A stretch of DNA of 64,000 nucleotides from NCBI RefSeq assembly GCF_009914755.1, contig NC_060941.1. One strand, given 5' to 3'. The position numbers and the translations under genes are program-made. This document shows positions 15,680 through 35,764 of this stretch, one piece after another (positions within the stretch are counted from its first letter, which is position 1; each line of letters opens with the position of its first letter). The DNA comes from the human T2T-CHM13v2.0 reference genome, Homo sapiens. The notes beneath the pieces are model-generated. The model did no database searches, was not told the origin of the DNA, and saw nothing but the letters and a program-made list of their open reading frames with translations.

Positions 15680-17274
15680 CAGCAGTCCTCCTTTATCCAC
15701 GGTTTCACTTTCTGCAGTTTTAGTTACCTGTGATCAACCATGGTCTATAAATATTAAATGAAAAATTACAGAAATGAATCTAAGTTTTAAATTGTGCACA
15801 TTCTGAGGAGTGTGGTGAAGTCTGGCACCATCCCACCCACCCTGTAACGCCCTGGACGAGTCCGCCCTTTGTCCGGTGGATCCACGCTGTATACGCTACC
15901 TGCCTGGTAGTCACTTAGTAGCCATCTCAGTTATCAGATTGATTGTCGAGATATAGCAGTGCTTGTGTTCCAGTCACACTTATTTTTACTTACTAATGGC
16001 CCCAACGTGCAAGAGCAGTGATGTGGGTAATTCGAATATGCCAAAGAGAAGCCGAAATGTGCTTCCTTTAAGTGAAAGGTGAAGTTCTTGACTTAATAAG
16101 GAAAGAAGGCTGAGTGCAGTGGCTCCTGCCTGTAATCTCAGCACTTTGGGAGGCCGAGGCAGGTGGATCACTTGAGGTCAGGAGTTTGAGACCAACCTGG
16201 CCAACACGGCGAAACCCCATCTCTACTAAAAATACAAAAATTAGCTGGGTGTGTTGGCATGCACCTGTAGACCCAACTACTTAGGAGGCTGATGCAGGAG
16301 AATCGCTTGAACCCTGGAGGCAGAGGCTGCAGTGAGCCAAGGTTGCAACACTGCACCTCCAGCCTGGGCAACAGAACAAGACTCCATCTCAAAAAAAAAA
16401 AAAAGGGAAAGAAAAAGAAATTATATGCTGAGGTTGTTAAGATCTATGGTGAGAATGAATCTTCTATTTTTTTGTTTTTTCTTTTTGTTTTTTTTGGTAG
16501 AGATGGGATTTTGCCCTATTGCCCAGGCTGGTCTCAAACCGGCCATTGTTCACATGGCCATTGTTCAGCCTTTATTCACATTTTGGTGGATTTTGTTCAT
16601 GTCAGAACAAAATCAACTGATCCACCCACCTTGACCTCCCAAAGTGCTGAGATTACAGGCATAAGCCACCAAGAATGAATTTCCTATCCATGAAATTGTA
16701 AAGAAGGAAAAAGAAATTTGTGCTAATTTTGCTGTTGCACCTCAAACTGCAAAAGTTATGGCCACAGTTCATGGTAAGTACTTAGTTAAGATGGAAAAGT
16801 CATTACATTTGTGAGTGGAAGACATGAACAGAAACGTGTTCTGATCGGGCGCAGTGGCTCATGTCTGCAATCCCAACACTTTGGGAGGCTGAGGCAGGAG
16901 AATCACCTGAAGCCAGGAGTTTGAAACCAGCCTAGGCAACATCGCAAGACCTTGTCTCTACAAAAAAATAAATAAATAAATAAATAAAAATCAATAAAAC
17001 AACAAAGAAATCTTGTAGGTGTGGTGGTACATGCTTGTAGTCCCAGCTACTCTTGGAGTCAGACGAGTATTACTTCAGCCCAGGAGTTCAAGGTTACAGT
17101 GAGTTATGATCACACACTGCACTCCAGCCTGGATGACAGAGCAAGACTCTGTCTCTAAAAAAATTAAGAATAAACATGTTTGATTTATGGCAATCAGGTT
17201 TGGTACAATCCAAGGTTCCAGGCATTCACTGAGGCCCTTAGAATGTGTCTCTCTCTGATAAGGGGGGACTACTA
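15680..17274. mobile_element. MER44/Tigger7-like DNA transposon interrupted by three Alu elements
   Basis: TIRs CAGCAGTCCTCCTTTATC / GATAAGGGGGGACTACTA with TA flanks. Alus at ~16108-16420 (+), 16470-16670 (-) and 16846-17165 (+). Confidence 0.75.
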
Positions 17275-17595
17275 TATTATTAAAATATCATACCCATCTT
17301 AGAGAATTGAAAACTGAGGCATTGAGAAGCTAGATATGTGGCAGAGCTGGGATTTGAGCTCAGGCAACAGCTGGCTGCAGAGCCTGGGTGCTGAACCGCT
17401 GCACCATTCTGCCTCTTGTAGGAGCAGAAATCCAGGTGGAACTGAAAGGAAAAACAAGCAGGTAGAGAAGTTAAGCCAGCCCATAGGAGAGGCTGTGGGT
17501 GCTTGCTCTGGGCTGGTTCAGGTGGGGGTTGACACGGCAGGGTCAGGGAGCGAGTCAGAAGAGCTGGGGACAACTCAGTCTTGTTATTTCCGCAG

Positions 17596-17716
17596 CGTGC
17601 TGGACATTTTTCCAACTGTGGTAGCCCTGGCCCAGGCCAGCTTACCTCAAGGACGGCGCTTTGATGGTGTGGACGTCTCCGAGGTGCTCTTTGGCCGGTC
17701 ACAGCCTGGGCACAGG
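17596..17716 (+). CDS. ARSG: ARSG internal coding exon (121 nt; [40 protein letters not shown])
   Basis: cgcAG acceptor, GTAAGT donor at 17717. Sulfatase DIFPT...DG motif. Phases match neighbouring exons. Confidence 0.96.
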
Positions 17717-17809
17717 GTAAGTGGAGGAGGTACTTGCCCACATGTAGGCTCTTTAGGAGGCTGGTCTGCTGCCTCTCACCTCTGTGCAGACAGAACCATC
17801 ATCAGAAGA

Positions 17810-18858
<1,049 letters not shown>

Positions 18859-20147
18859 AGCAGACCTTGGCAATGGCTCTGGGCTTCCACTTCCCAGCAT
18901 CACCTCCTCAATGTCCCCTGTTTGCACTCTGAAGCACTCATTGGCAGTGACAGCCAGGAAATGTCAGGCCTCATGGCCTTTCCTTGTCTTTTCCCTGTGT
19001 TTTCCTTTCACCAAAAGGAAGAGGAAGCAGGAGGAGGCAAGGAGGCGGAAGGAGCACAGAGTCCCCTCTGCAACGCCCTACAAATGCATGGCTTCTTGGT
19101 GAGGGACCCACACATCAAAGGGTCTATTTGTGTCTTTGCTAAGGGTCACATGGAAGTGACTCAAATGTACAGAAGTGTCCTGTGGCTGGTAGTTACCAAA
19201 GCTGCCCTTCCCACCCAGCCTCCCCCAGCAAACCAGAACATGGGTCTTCTATGGGCCATCGGTTCTTCTGTGCACATTAATGCAGTTTTTAGGGGTTGTT
19301 GGATGAAGCCTGAGAGGTGTTCTGAAGTCCTGCTTCTCCCCAGAATATCTGCCCCCTAGAGCTGCAGACCCTTCCAGGCCTAGCCCTTCTCCCTAAGCAG
19401 GAGCAGCCAGGCAGGAAGATGGTTTCCGCCTTGAGGTTGGAAGTTAGCAGTATGTGACCCTGGAGGGTTGTCACAGACGTCATTGGAGAGGTGCTCCGGA
19501 GTGTTTATTACCATGGCTGCTAGGAATAATTGGGGTCATCAGGAAGTGCTTCAAGGACTGTGCTCTCCTTGACGTTGTCGGTACTGCCTGTGGGAGCCAG
19601 CTCCTTCATGTACTAACTTCCTTTCTCAGACGGGAGAGCTCTGCTCTTGCTCTAACTGGAGTTTTGCGCAGGCTCGTAGAGACCCCATCCTAACTAGTGC
19701 CCAGCAGGGTTAGGCCCAGGAACCAGATTGGAAAACCAGATACAAGTCACAGCATCGTCACGGGGAGGTATGATGGCGTGGTTAATGCAGCTGGAGTCAG
19801 GACTGATTTGCTCCCTAACCACACCCCATGGCCCAGAAAGAAACAGCCATGCTTACTGCTTGTGGGAAGCAGCTGATGGTATCTTCAAGGTTAAGAGCAC
19901 ACGGGGCTGGCACCTGTGGGTCACACTCAGTCTCCCAGAGCATGCCTGCAGTGTCAGTGAAGACACTTGAGATAAGATTCTGAAGTTTGAGGACAACATG
20001 GGTAGTTGCTGGACCTGAATTTGGGTTTGGTCTTCTCTAGTCAGTCCTCTCTATCAAAGCAAAGTCATAGACCTAAGGAAATAAGAGTAAATTGTCTCAA
20101 ATTTGGAATAGCTATGGGGGAGGCTTGAAGGTAAGAATATGAGGAAT

Positions 20148-21010
<863 letters not shown>

Positions 21011-23542
21011 TTTAAAATAAGCACAATTTGTGTTCACCCTCAGATACATCCTGGGCTTACAAGGATTCCAATATGAGTTGGTTTAGAAACACTTTCAGTT
21101 CTAGAAGCTCAAAGTAACTCCTGGATATTCAACTGGGAACAATATGCCAATGCTTCTCAGCAATCCAGTCCTTCCCTATTGCAAACCAAGTAACCAAGAG
21201 TTAAGGAGAGGAGCAAGAGAGTTGAGAGGTGTCATGTGCACAATGAGCTCCAGTTCCACACTGGATGGTCTTCTCACAACCCACTCCAGCAACCTCTAGG
21301 GACGTTGTCTCTGTGATGTTCGAAACCACATCAGCTGACACCATGCTGCATATTCTTGCATCAGCTCAACCTCCTGCTTCTGATCTTGATGGGTCTGTGT
21401 CTAGGCAGTGAGGGGCACCAGGAGAGAGATGAGGGCTGGGAAGGGGAGGGCTGCACAGCCTAGAACCAAAGGTCCCACTTTGTGCTTTCCTGGCTCCCAG
21501 ATGGAAGCTGAAGGTGGTAACATCATCACTGGTCAGGTCGTGTCTTAGCCCCAGGTTGTCATGATCAGGTCCAGAAATTGTCAACGAAGGAACGTTTCCC
21601 CTAACAGCTCTGCATCTGCCCAGCCTCACACAGTCTGGGGCTGCTGTGGGTCATCAAATGCTTGACACGCCCCTGGAGGCCATACATCGAGGAAACAAGC
21701 TGAGTTTTAATGTCCAGAAAGAACGCTGATCACTTCTCTTAGGGAGGCCCCTAGTGGCGAGAGATGTCATCTGGCGTGGCTGGCAAACTGACCACCCCCA
21801 TCCACCCCCTTTGGAGGCTGTAGCTGTGCATCCCCACCTGAATGGAGAAGAAGCCCACCTTCAGGGGATGCTATATCAGCACCCTGTGGGACTTAAGGTA
21901 AAGGAATGCTCTCGTGCTTAAAAAACAAAACAAGATAAAATAGAGCAAGAAAGGCCACCAGGAAGGCAAAACAAGTTTGCAGAAGATAAAGTCATCTTTG
22001 AAATTTGAACCAGGCATCTGGAGAGCTGTGATTCATGTGTACTTTTGACAGCTTCCTTCCTATATTGATATAAACAAGAAAGCCATAATGGGTCTTCTCA
22101 AACAAACAAAAAAAATGCATAGACAAGTTCTCCAAAGTCCATCTATGTTTCTGAGAATGAGCCATCCCACAGTTTTGCTTCCTCGTGGATTTTGGAAGTT
22201 GCCTCTGGTAACGCCACATAAATAGTGGGAATATAGCAGCCCACCCTCATGGAATTTCTGTGACTGAGACGCAAGTACTGTGACTGATCTGAAGCAGCAA
22301 CTTCACTCCCATCTTCTGCATGTCCGCGTGCATCGTATATCAGTTGACAATAGATTTTCCAAGTCTCCCACTTCCTGCTGTCTCAAGAAGGAAACAAAAC
22401 AGTCTCCTGTGGTGAAGAGGCTTGGCTTTCTGCAGGGATGGAAGAAGTGAGGGTTTTCAGTTACGACTTCTTTTCCTGTTTGGAAGGAACCTGCTATCAT
22501 CATGCGCGCCCTGGGTTTGTGCAGGGATTGTCACGAGAACCTGGAAGCCGCAGGTGTGGGGAGGAGCCCCACCTTGGCGGCATCCTCTCAGAGCTGTGAA
22601 ACTCCGGGGGACAGCTGTTTACTGCTCCAACAGATGTTTCTCATTTTTTTCTTAAGTCTCGTGTGGAAACTTTGAATCATGTAAGTGCCTTTCCAGCCCT
22701 ATATACGGTTGTGATTCATACCAAGGCAGTCTCATGCTTTTAGCCCAGACCCACCAACCTACCAAGGACACTGGCCTTTTGTTTTCTTTCACATCCTTCC
22801 CTCGAGAACCCTGATTTAGGTGTTTCCATTCTGTACGGTAATTCTTTTATTTGTGACCTGATGAGGAAAGATTTCCTCAGTCCAAATATAGTCGGATTGA
22901 GTCATAGCTGTGGGCGTCTGTGACCAGAGTCTGGGCTGTGCCCGATTCTGCGGAAATCAAGGATGCCTTCTTTTGTACCATCCTTGCTCAAGGGAGAGTT
23001 GGAACATTGACTTGATGCTGAAGAAGCCTTTCTTCAAAGACAGCTGAGGGTCACCTGCATCAGAACCCTTGGAAATACTTGTAAAACAAGTAAGTCCCCA
23101 GGGCCCATCCTGACCCTGAGGGGTTGGAACTCAGGCAGGGTGGCCTTGTGGGCCTGTGACCGGTGCCCCCCACACACAGAGCCCTGCACTTGGAGGGACC
23201 CTGTGCTTGGTTTAAAGCTCTGCCGTGGTCATCTTGAAATTTTAAGTTTGTGAACAAGGTATCCCTGATTTGCATTTTGTTGTGGACTTTGCAAATTACA
23301 TAGCAGGTTTCAGGCCTAGAAATCTGACCTACCTAGTGAGACCTTTTGCCTACTCTTCCAGAGTTGTAACCCACTCCCATCAATTAACCAGCAAAATAAC
23401 AACTTCACAGGCTCCCTGGAGTTGACTGGTGTGGACTCCAGGCTTGTATCTGTCAGTGTGTGTTTGGGCACAGGGATAGGGAGACCAGACCCTGAAAAAG
23501 ACAGTAATATGTTCCAGGGAGCATCTAGCATCATCTAGCATG

Positions 23543-23978
<436 letters not shown>

Positions 23979-24716
23979 TGAGGGGCCACTTAGCCCTGCC
24001 TCCCACAGTCACAGCTGCACGGGGACCCCATGGACTCTCACCCAGGCCTCTGGGAATGAGTGTGAGTCCCTCCTTTGTGGGGGGTTCTCAGCACCTCTTG
24101 ACAAGCGTCTCCTCCAAACCCAGGGTCCCTGCACAGGCTCTCTGGATCCCTCATATGCAAATAAGATCTTTGTGCTGTTCACCTGAATTTCTAGTGAGCT
24201 GGGAGCTCTCAGCACGTTTATTCAGCTCCTTTTCACATAGAGAGCATTTCCTATTGTCGTGCTTTAAATGCCAGTTTGGATGAACATTAAATGGAAGCCT
24301 AGAGATATTTTAAAGTATAATTTACTTGACAATAGACCGTTTCAGAAAATAGATTTTAGAGGACTAGTTAGCAAACCGACAGAAGTCTCTCTGCTTCTTG
24401 GTTCACTGTGACTATCTGTCTCTTAGATGTATACTTTAGAAATGTCATACTGTATCAGGATGGTCCTCAGGGTCTTCCAATGGCTTCTTGCTGCCAATTG
24501 AATTCAGACTCTCAATCCCGAGTCCTACTGTCTTTCCACCCTTAGTTTTCCAAGAACAAGTCTCCTCTTCCTTGGTCTCCATATTAAAATCCTTTTAAGC
24601 CTTTATGGCCCAAGTCAAATGCCACTTTCATAAAACTCTCTTATCTTCCCAGCTGGGTAGGAATTCTGGAGAACTCTGTTATCTCTCACTTTCTGCCATG
24701 CATGCCCGTCATTTAG

Positions 24717-25365
<649 letters not shown>

Positions 25366-26223
25366 AAGCTTTCTAAATTTGGAACTCTTTCAGCACTTTA
25401 ATCTTTGTTGTCTTGAAGTGCTTAGCACACTTAGTAGGAACGCTACAATTTTTAAGTAAATGAAAAACAAAAAATAAAAAAAGGAGAACCTGTGACCTAA
25501 TGCAGATTCCAACTTGATTCAGTTATTTAATGTTGGAGCTTTTCAAATTATATGATAAAAAAATTATTTTCCCTGAGTGTAAATAAGTGATCCTGAAGAA
25601 AATGTGGCATAAAAACAAAACATGACTTGAGGGGTATTAAAAATGTCACAAAAATCTTTGATTCTCTAAAACCTAAAACTCAGTCAGATATTTGTTGTTT
25701 TCGGTTGAAAAGTTTCTAGATTAGAGTCCTTATATTACATTATCTAAGAGGTATGGGACCTCCAGGCTGAGTTAATTTCACAAGTAAAAGTCCTGCCAGA
25801 AAGCCCTTGGCACCACAATGTTGGAATCAGACATGTTACTATGAAGTAATAGGGCTATTTAAATGATCACAATCAGATAGGAACTATAACACCCAGGGGA
25901 GGTCTGCTCTTCTAAGGAGTCACCAAACTCCCAAGAGAGTCTGGGTAGGGAGCACTGAACTTTTAATCCATCAGTGAAAACTGGGAATAGGATGAAACAG
26001 GGGCATGTTCTGATTCCCTCTTCCTCTTGCTTCTAATATTTGCATTCCAGTTACTTACAACTGCTTTTGGATAAGCTAGATGAATTGACATCTACTACAT
26101 TAGATTAGAGAAAGATGTGTTCGTCTATGATGAGGATATGATGTTATGGTCACGCACTGGGAGTGGTCTTGAAAAGACAACCAGTCTGTTTTGGTATGTG
26201 GCCTAGAATTAAGGTGTACCTTA

Positions 26224-26872
26224 TTGTTTTTCTTTTTTTTTATTATTATACTTTAAGTTCTAGGGTACATGTGCACAACGTGCAGGTTTGTTACCTATGT
26301 ATACATGTGCCATGTTGGTGTGCTGCACCCATTAACTCGTCATTTACATTGGTTATATCTCCTAATGCTTTCCCTCCCCCCTCACCCCACCCCACGACAG
26401 GCCCCGGTGTGTGATGTTCCCCTTCCTGTGTCCATGTGTTCTCATTGTTCAATTCCCACCTATGAGTGAGAACATGTGGTGTTTGTTTTTTTGTTCTTGT
26501 GATAGTTTGCTGAGAATGATGGTTTCCAGGTTCATCCATGTCCCTACCAAGGACGTGAACTCATCCTTTTTTATGGCTGCATAGTATTCCATGGTGTATA
26601 TGTGCCACATTTTCTTAATCCAGTCTATCATTGATGGACATTTGGGTTGGGTCCAAGTCTTTGCTATTGTGAATAGTGCCGCAATAAACATACGTGTGCA
26701 TGTGTCTTTATAGCAGCATGATTTATAATCCTTTGGGTGTATACCCAGTAATGGGATGGCTGGGTCAAATGGTATTTCTAGTTCGAGATCCTTGAGGAAT
26801 CGCCACACTGTCTTCCTCAATGGTTGAACTAGTTTACAGTCCCACCAACAGTGTAAAAGTGTTCCTATTTGT
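26224..26872 (-). mobile_element. 5'-truncated L1PA (approx. PA4-PA7) 3' end
   Basis: Poly-T plus TTATACTTTAAGTTCTAGGG 3' terminus; ORF2 C-terminal fragment 26449-26820. Confidence 0.88.
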
Positions 26873-26984
26873 CCAGTTAAGGCAACCTGTACACAAAGTG
26901 AAAGGCCCAGATCTATAATGTATAATTTGGTGAGGTTTTATAAATGTAGATACCGTGTATGTACCCTTTTAATGGTGTGAATTC

Positions 26985-28409
26985 CATTGATTCTTTTTCT
27001 TTTTCCATTGATTGATTTTCAAGTGTTAAGCCAACTTTACATTCCTCAATAAATCCCATTTAGTAATGATGTATCATACTTTTTATATCTTGCTGATTTT
27101 GATTTGCTAAGATTTTGTCTATAATTTTCCTTTCTTGTCTATGTCAAGGTTTGGTATCAGGATTTTGCTGGCCTTATAAAATGAGTTGAGAAATATTCCC
27201 TTCTCTATTTTCTGAAAGGGTTTGTGGAAGATCAGTATTATTTCTTTCATGTTTGATTGAATTCATCTGTGAAATGATTTGCCAAATTCATTGTTGTGAA
27301 GATTTTGTCATATTTTTAAAAAGAGTGTTAGTATTTTAGGTCTTATATTTAGATCTCTGATCCATTTCCAGTTAATTTTTGTATGTGGCATAAGTAAGGG
27401 TCCAACTTCATTGTTTTACATGTTGACATCCAGTTTTCCCAGCACCATTTATTGAAAACACTGTCCTTTCCCCATTGAATGGTCTTGGCACCCTTGTTAA
27501 AAATCATTTGATCATACATGTGAGGGATAATTTCCACTGTCTATTCTATTTCATTAGTTATATGTCTATGTTTATGCCAGTACCACACTGTTTTAATTAC
27601 TGTAGACTTGTTGCAGTTTTGAAATCAGGAGTGTGAGTCCTACAGCTTTGGGCTTTTTTTTTTTTTTTTTTTTTAGACTGTTTTGACTATTTCTGGGTCC
27701 TCTGAGATTCCATGTGAATTTTAGGATGGCTTTTTCTATTTCTGCAAAAAACATCATCAGGATTTTGATAAGGATTGTACTGAACCTGTAGACCACTTGG
27801 GGTAGTATTGACATTTTAACAATATTAAGTCTTCCAATCCATGAACATGGGATGTAACCATTTGTTTATGTCTTCTTTAATGTCTTTCAGCTATATTTTA
27901 TGGTTTTCATTATGCAAGTCTTTCACTTTTTTGTGTTAATTCCTATTTTACTCTTTTTGATGCCATTGTAAATGAAGTTGTTTTCACAATTTCGTTTTCA
28001 GATTGTTCACTGTTAGTGTATAGAAATATAACTGGCTTTGTGTTCTGAATTTCAATCCTGCCATTTTGCTGAATTCCTTTATTAGTTCTGTTTTTATGTG
28101 GAATATTTAGGTTTTCTACATATAAGATTATATCATATCTGAAGGAGGTCATTTTACTTCCTCCATTCCAATTTGGATGCTTTTTATTTCTTTTTCTTGC
28201 CGAATTGCTCTGGCTGGAATGTCCAGTACTATGTGGAACAGAAATGGCAAAAATGGCATTGAAACTTTTATTAATATATTATGTCCTTCTCTTTGTCTCT
28301 TATAACCCTTTTTAAAATTTAAAGTCTATTTTGTATGATATTAGTACAACCACTCTTGCTATCTTTTGGTTACTATTTGCATGGAAAATCTTTTCCTACC
28401 ATTTCACTT
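26985..28409 (-). mobile_element. Ancient L1M ORF2 fragments
   Basis: Degenerate ORF2-like peptides (27349-27537, 27593-27814, 27943-28152). Confidence 0.75.
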
Positions 28410-30520
28410 TATTTATTTTTTATTTTTCCATGGGTTATTGGGATACACGTGGTGTTTGGTTACATGAGTAAGTTCTTTAGCGGTGATTTGTGAAATTTTG
28501 GTGCACCCATCACCCAAGCAGTATACACTGCACCCTATTTGTAGTCTTTCATCCCTTGCCCCCTCCCACTTTACCCCCAAGTCCCCAAAGTCCACTGTGT
28601 CATTCTTATGCTTTTATGTCCTCCTCATAACTTAGCTTCCACATATCAGTGAGAACATACGATGTTTGGTTTTTCATTTCTGAGTTACTTCACTTAGAAT
28701 AATAGCCTCCAGTCTCACCCAGGTTGCTGCAAATGCTGTTGATTCATTCCTTTTTATGGCTGAGCAGTATTCCATTATATATATATCACAGTTTCTTTAT
28801 CCACTCATTGATTGATGGACATTTGGGCTGGTTCCACATTTTTGCAATTGCAAATTGTGCTGCTATAAATATGTGTGTGCAAGTATCTTTTTCGTACAAT
28901 GACTTCTTGTCCTCTGGGTAGATACCCAGTAGTGGGATTGCTGGATCAAATGGTAGTTCAGCTTTTAGTTCTTTAAGGAATCTGTTTTCCATAGCGGCTA
29001 TACTAGTTTACATTCCCATCAGCAGTGTAGAAGTGTTCCCTGTTCACCGTATCCATGCCAACATCTACTGTTTTTTGATTTTTTGATTATGGCTATTCTT
29101 GCAGGAATGAGGTGGTATCATATTGTGGTTTTGATTTGCATTTCTCTGATCATTAGTGACATTAAGCATTTTTTCATGTTTGTTGGCCATTTGTATACTT
29201 TTGAGGCTTGTCTATTCATGTGCTTAGCTCACTTTTTGATGGTATTGTTTCTTTCTTGCTGATTTGTTTGAGTTCCTTGTAGGTTCTGGATATTAGTCCT
29301 TTGTCAGATGTATAGATTGTGAAGATTTTCTCCCACTGTGTGGGCTGTTTACTCTGCTGACTGTTCCTTTTGCTGTGCAAAAGATCTTTAGTTTAATTAT
29401 GTCCTAGCTATTTATATTTGTTCTTATTGCATTTGCTTTTGGGTTCTTGTTCATGAAATCCTTGCCTAAGCCAATGTCTAGAAGGGCTTTTCCAATGTTA
29501 TCTTCTAGAATTTTTATAGTTTCAGGTCTTAGATTTAAGTTCTTAATCCATGTTGAGTTGATTTTTGTATAAGGTGAGAGATGAGGATCCAGTTTCATTC
29601 TCCTACATGTGGCTAGCCAATTATCCCAGCACCGTTTGTTGAAAAGGGTGTCCTTTCCCCACTTTATGTTTGTGTTGGCTTTGTCGAAGATCAGCTGGCT
29701 GTAATTATTTGGGTTTATTTCTGGGTTCTCTATTCTGTTCCATTGGTCTATGTGCCTATTTTTATACCAGTACTATGCTGTTTTGGTGATTATGGCTTTA
29801 TAGTATAGTTTGAAATCAGGTAGTGTGATGCCTCCAGATTTGTTCTTTTTGCTTAGTCTTGCTTTGGCTATGCAAGCTCTTTTTTGTTTTTGTATGAATT
29901 TTTCTAATTCTGTGAAGAATGATGGTGGTATTTTGATGGGGATTGTGTTGGATTTGTAGATTGTTTTTAGCAGTATGGTCATTTTCACAATATTGATTCT
30001 ACCCATCCATGAGCATGAGATGTGTTTCCATTTGTTTGTGTCATCTATGATTTCTTTCAGCAGTGTTTTGTAGTTTTCCTTGCAGAGGTCTTTCACCTCC
30101 TTGGTTAGGTATATTCCTAAGTTTTTTTTTTTTTCAGCTATTGTAAAAGGGGTTGACTTCTTGATTTGACTCTCCGCTTGGTTGCTGTTGGTGTATAGAA
30201 GAGCTACTGATTTGTGTACATTAATCTTGTTTCTAGAAACTTAGCTGAATTCTGTTATCAGTTCTAGGAGCTTTCTGGAGGAGTCTTTAGGGTTTTCGAG
30301 GTAAACAATCATATTGTCAGCAAACAGTGAGAGTTTGACTTCCTCTTTACTGATTTGAATGCCCTTTTACTGATTTGAATGCCCTTTACTTCTTTCTCTT
30401 GTCTTGCTCTGGCTAGGACTTCCAGTAGTATGTTGAAGAGGAGTGGTGACAGTGGGCATCCTTTTCTTGTTTCAGTTCTCAGAGGGAGTGATATCAGCTT
30501 TTCCCCATTCAGTATTATGT
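28410..30520 (-). mobile_element. Older L1 (L1PB1-like), 3' part; host of the L1PA3 insertion
   Basis: L1PB-type 3'UTR at 28420-28620 and degenerate ORF2 fragments (29773-30096, 29404-29598, 28786-28992). Confidence 0.85.
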
Positions 30521-30864
30521 TGGCTGTGGGTTTCTTTTTTTTTTTTTTATTGGTGCAAATTACTGTTTATTAAGCATTATTTATTCCTTATGCAAAACAA
30601 ATGTGCACTAGCCTTTGGCATTAACTAAACACTCTCTACATATTTCTTTTTTTATTATTATTATACTTTAAGTTTTAGGGTACATGCGCACAATGTGCAG
30701 GTTAGTTACATATGTATACATGTGCCATGCTGGTGTGCTGCACCCATTAACTCGTCATCTAGCATTAGGCATATCTCCCAATGCTATCCCTCCCCCCTCC
30801 CCCCACCCCACAACAGTCCCCAGAGTGTGATGTTCCCCTTCCTGTGTCCATGTGTTCTCATTGT

Positions 30865-34684
<3,820 letters not shown>

Positions 34685-34747
34685 TATGATGTTAGCTGGT
34701 TATTTTGCTCGTTAGTTGATGCAGTTTCTTCCTAGTCTCGATGGCCT

Positions 34748-35764
34748 TTACATTTTGGCATGATTTTGCAGTGGCTGGTACCGGTTGTTCCTTTCCATGT
34801 TTAGTGCTTCCTTCAGGAGCTCTTTTAGGGCAGGCCTGGTGGTGACAAAATCTCTCAGCATTTGCTTGTCTGTAAAGTATTTTATTTCTCCTTCACTTAT
34901 GAAGCTTAGTTTGGCTGGATATGAAATTCTGGGTTGAAAATTCTTTTCTTTGAGAATGTTGAATATTGGCCCCCACTCTCTTCTGGCTTGTAGAGTTTCT
35001 GCCGAAAGATCCACTGTTAGTCTGATGGGCTTCCCTTTGAGGGTAACCTGACCTTTCTCTCTGGCTGCCCTTAATATTTTTTCCTTCATTTCAACTTTGG
35101 TGAATCTGACAATTATGTGTCTTGGAGTTGCTCTTCTTGAGGAATATCTTTGTGGCGTTCTCTGTATTTCCTGAATCTGAATGTTGGCCTGCCTTGCTAG
35201 ATTGGGGAAGTTCTCCTGGATAATATCCTGCAGAGTGTTTTCCAACTTGGTTCCATTCTCCCCGTCACTTTCAGGTACACCAATCAGACGTAGATTTGGT
35301 TTTTTCACATAGTCCCATATTTCTTGGAGGCTTTGCTCATTTCTTTTTATTCTTTTTTCTCTAAACTTCCCTTCTCGCTTCATTTCATTCATTTCATCTT
35401 CCATCGCTGATACCCTTTCTTCCAGTTGATCGCACCGGCTCCTGAGGCTTCTGCATTCTTCACGTAGTTCTCAAGCCTTGGTTTTCAGCTCCATCAGCTC
35501 CTTTAAGCACTTCTCTGTATTGGTTATTCTAGTTATACATTCTTCTAAATTTTTTTCAAAGTTTTCAACTTCTTTGCCTTTGGTTTGAATGTCCTCCCAT
35601 AGCTCAGAGTAATTTGATCGTCTGAAGCCTTCTTCTCTCAGCTCGTCAAAGTCATTCTCTGTCCAGCTTTGTTCCGTTGCTGGTGAGGAACTGCGTTCCT
35701 TTGGAGGAGGAGAGGCGCTCTGCTTTTTAGAGTTTCCAGTTTTTCTGCTCTGTTTTTTCCCCAT
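34748..35764 (-). pseudogene. L1 ORF1p, 338-codon frame broken by a CGA>TGA stop at 35471-35473
   Basis: MGKKQSRKTGNSK... through ...PLQNHAKM* in one frame, with a single internal stop after KTKA. Confidence 0.93.

Noticed and set aside
26224-26900. TSD or transduction for the truncated L1PA
   Set aside because: No convincing flanking direct repeat found by eye.
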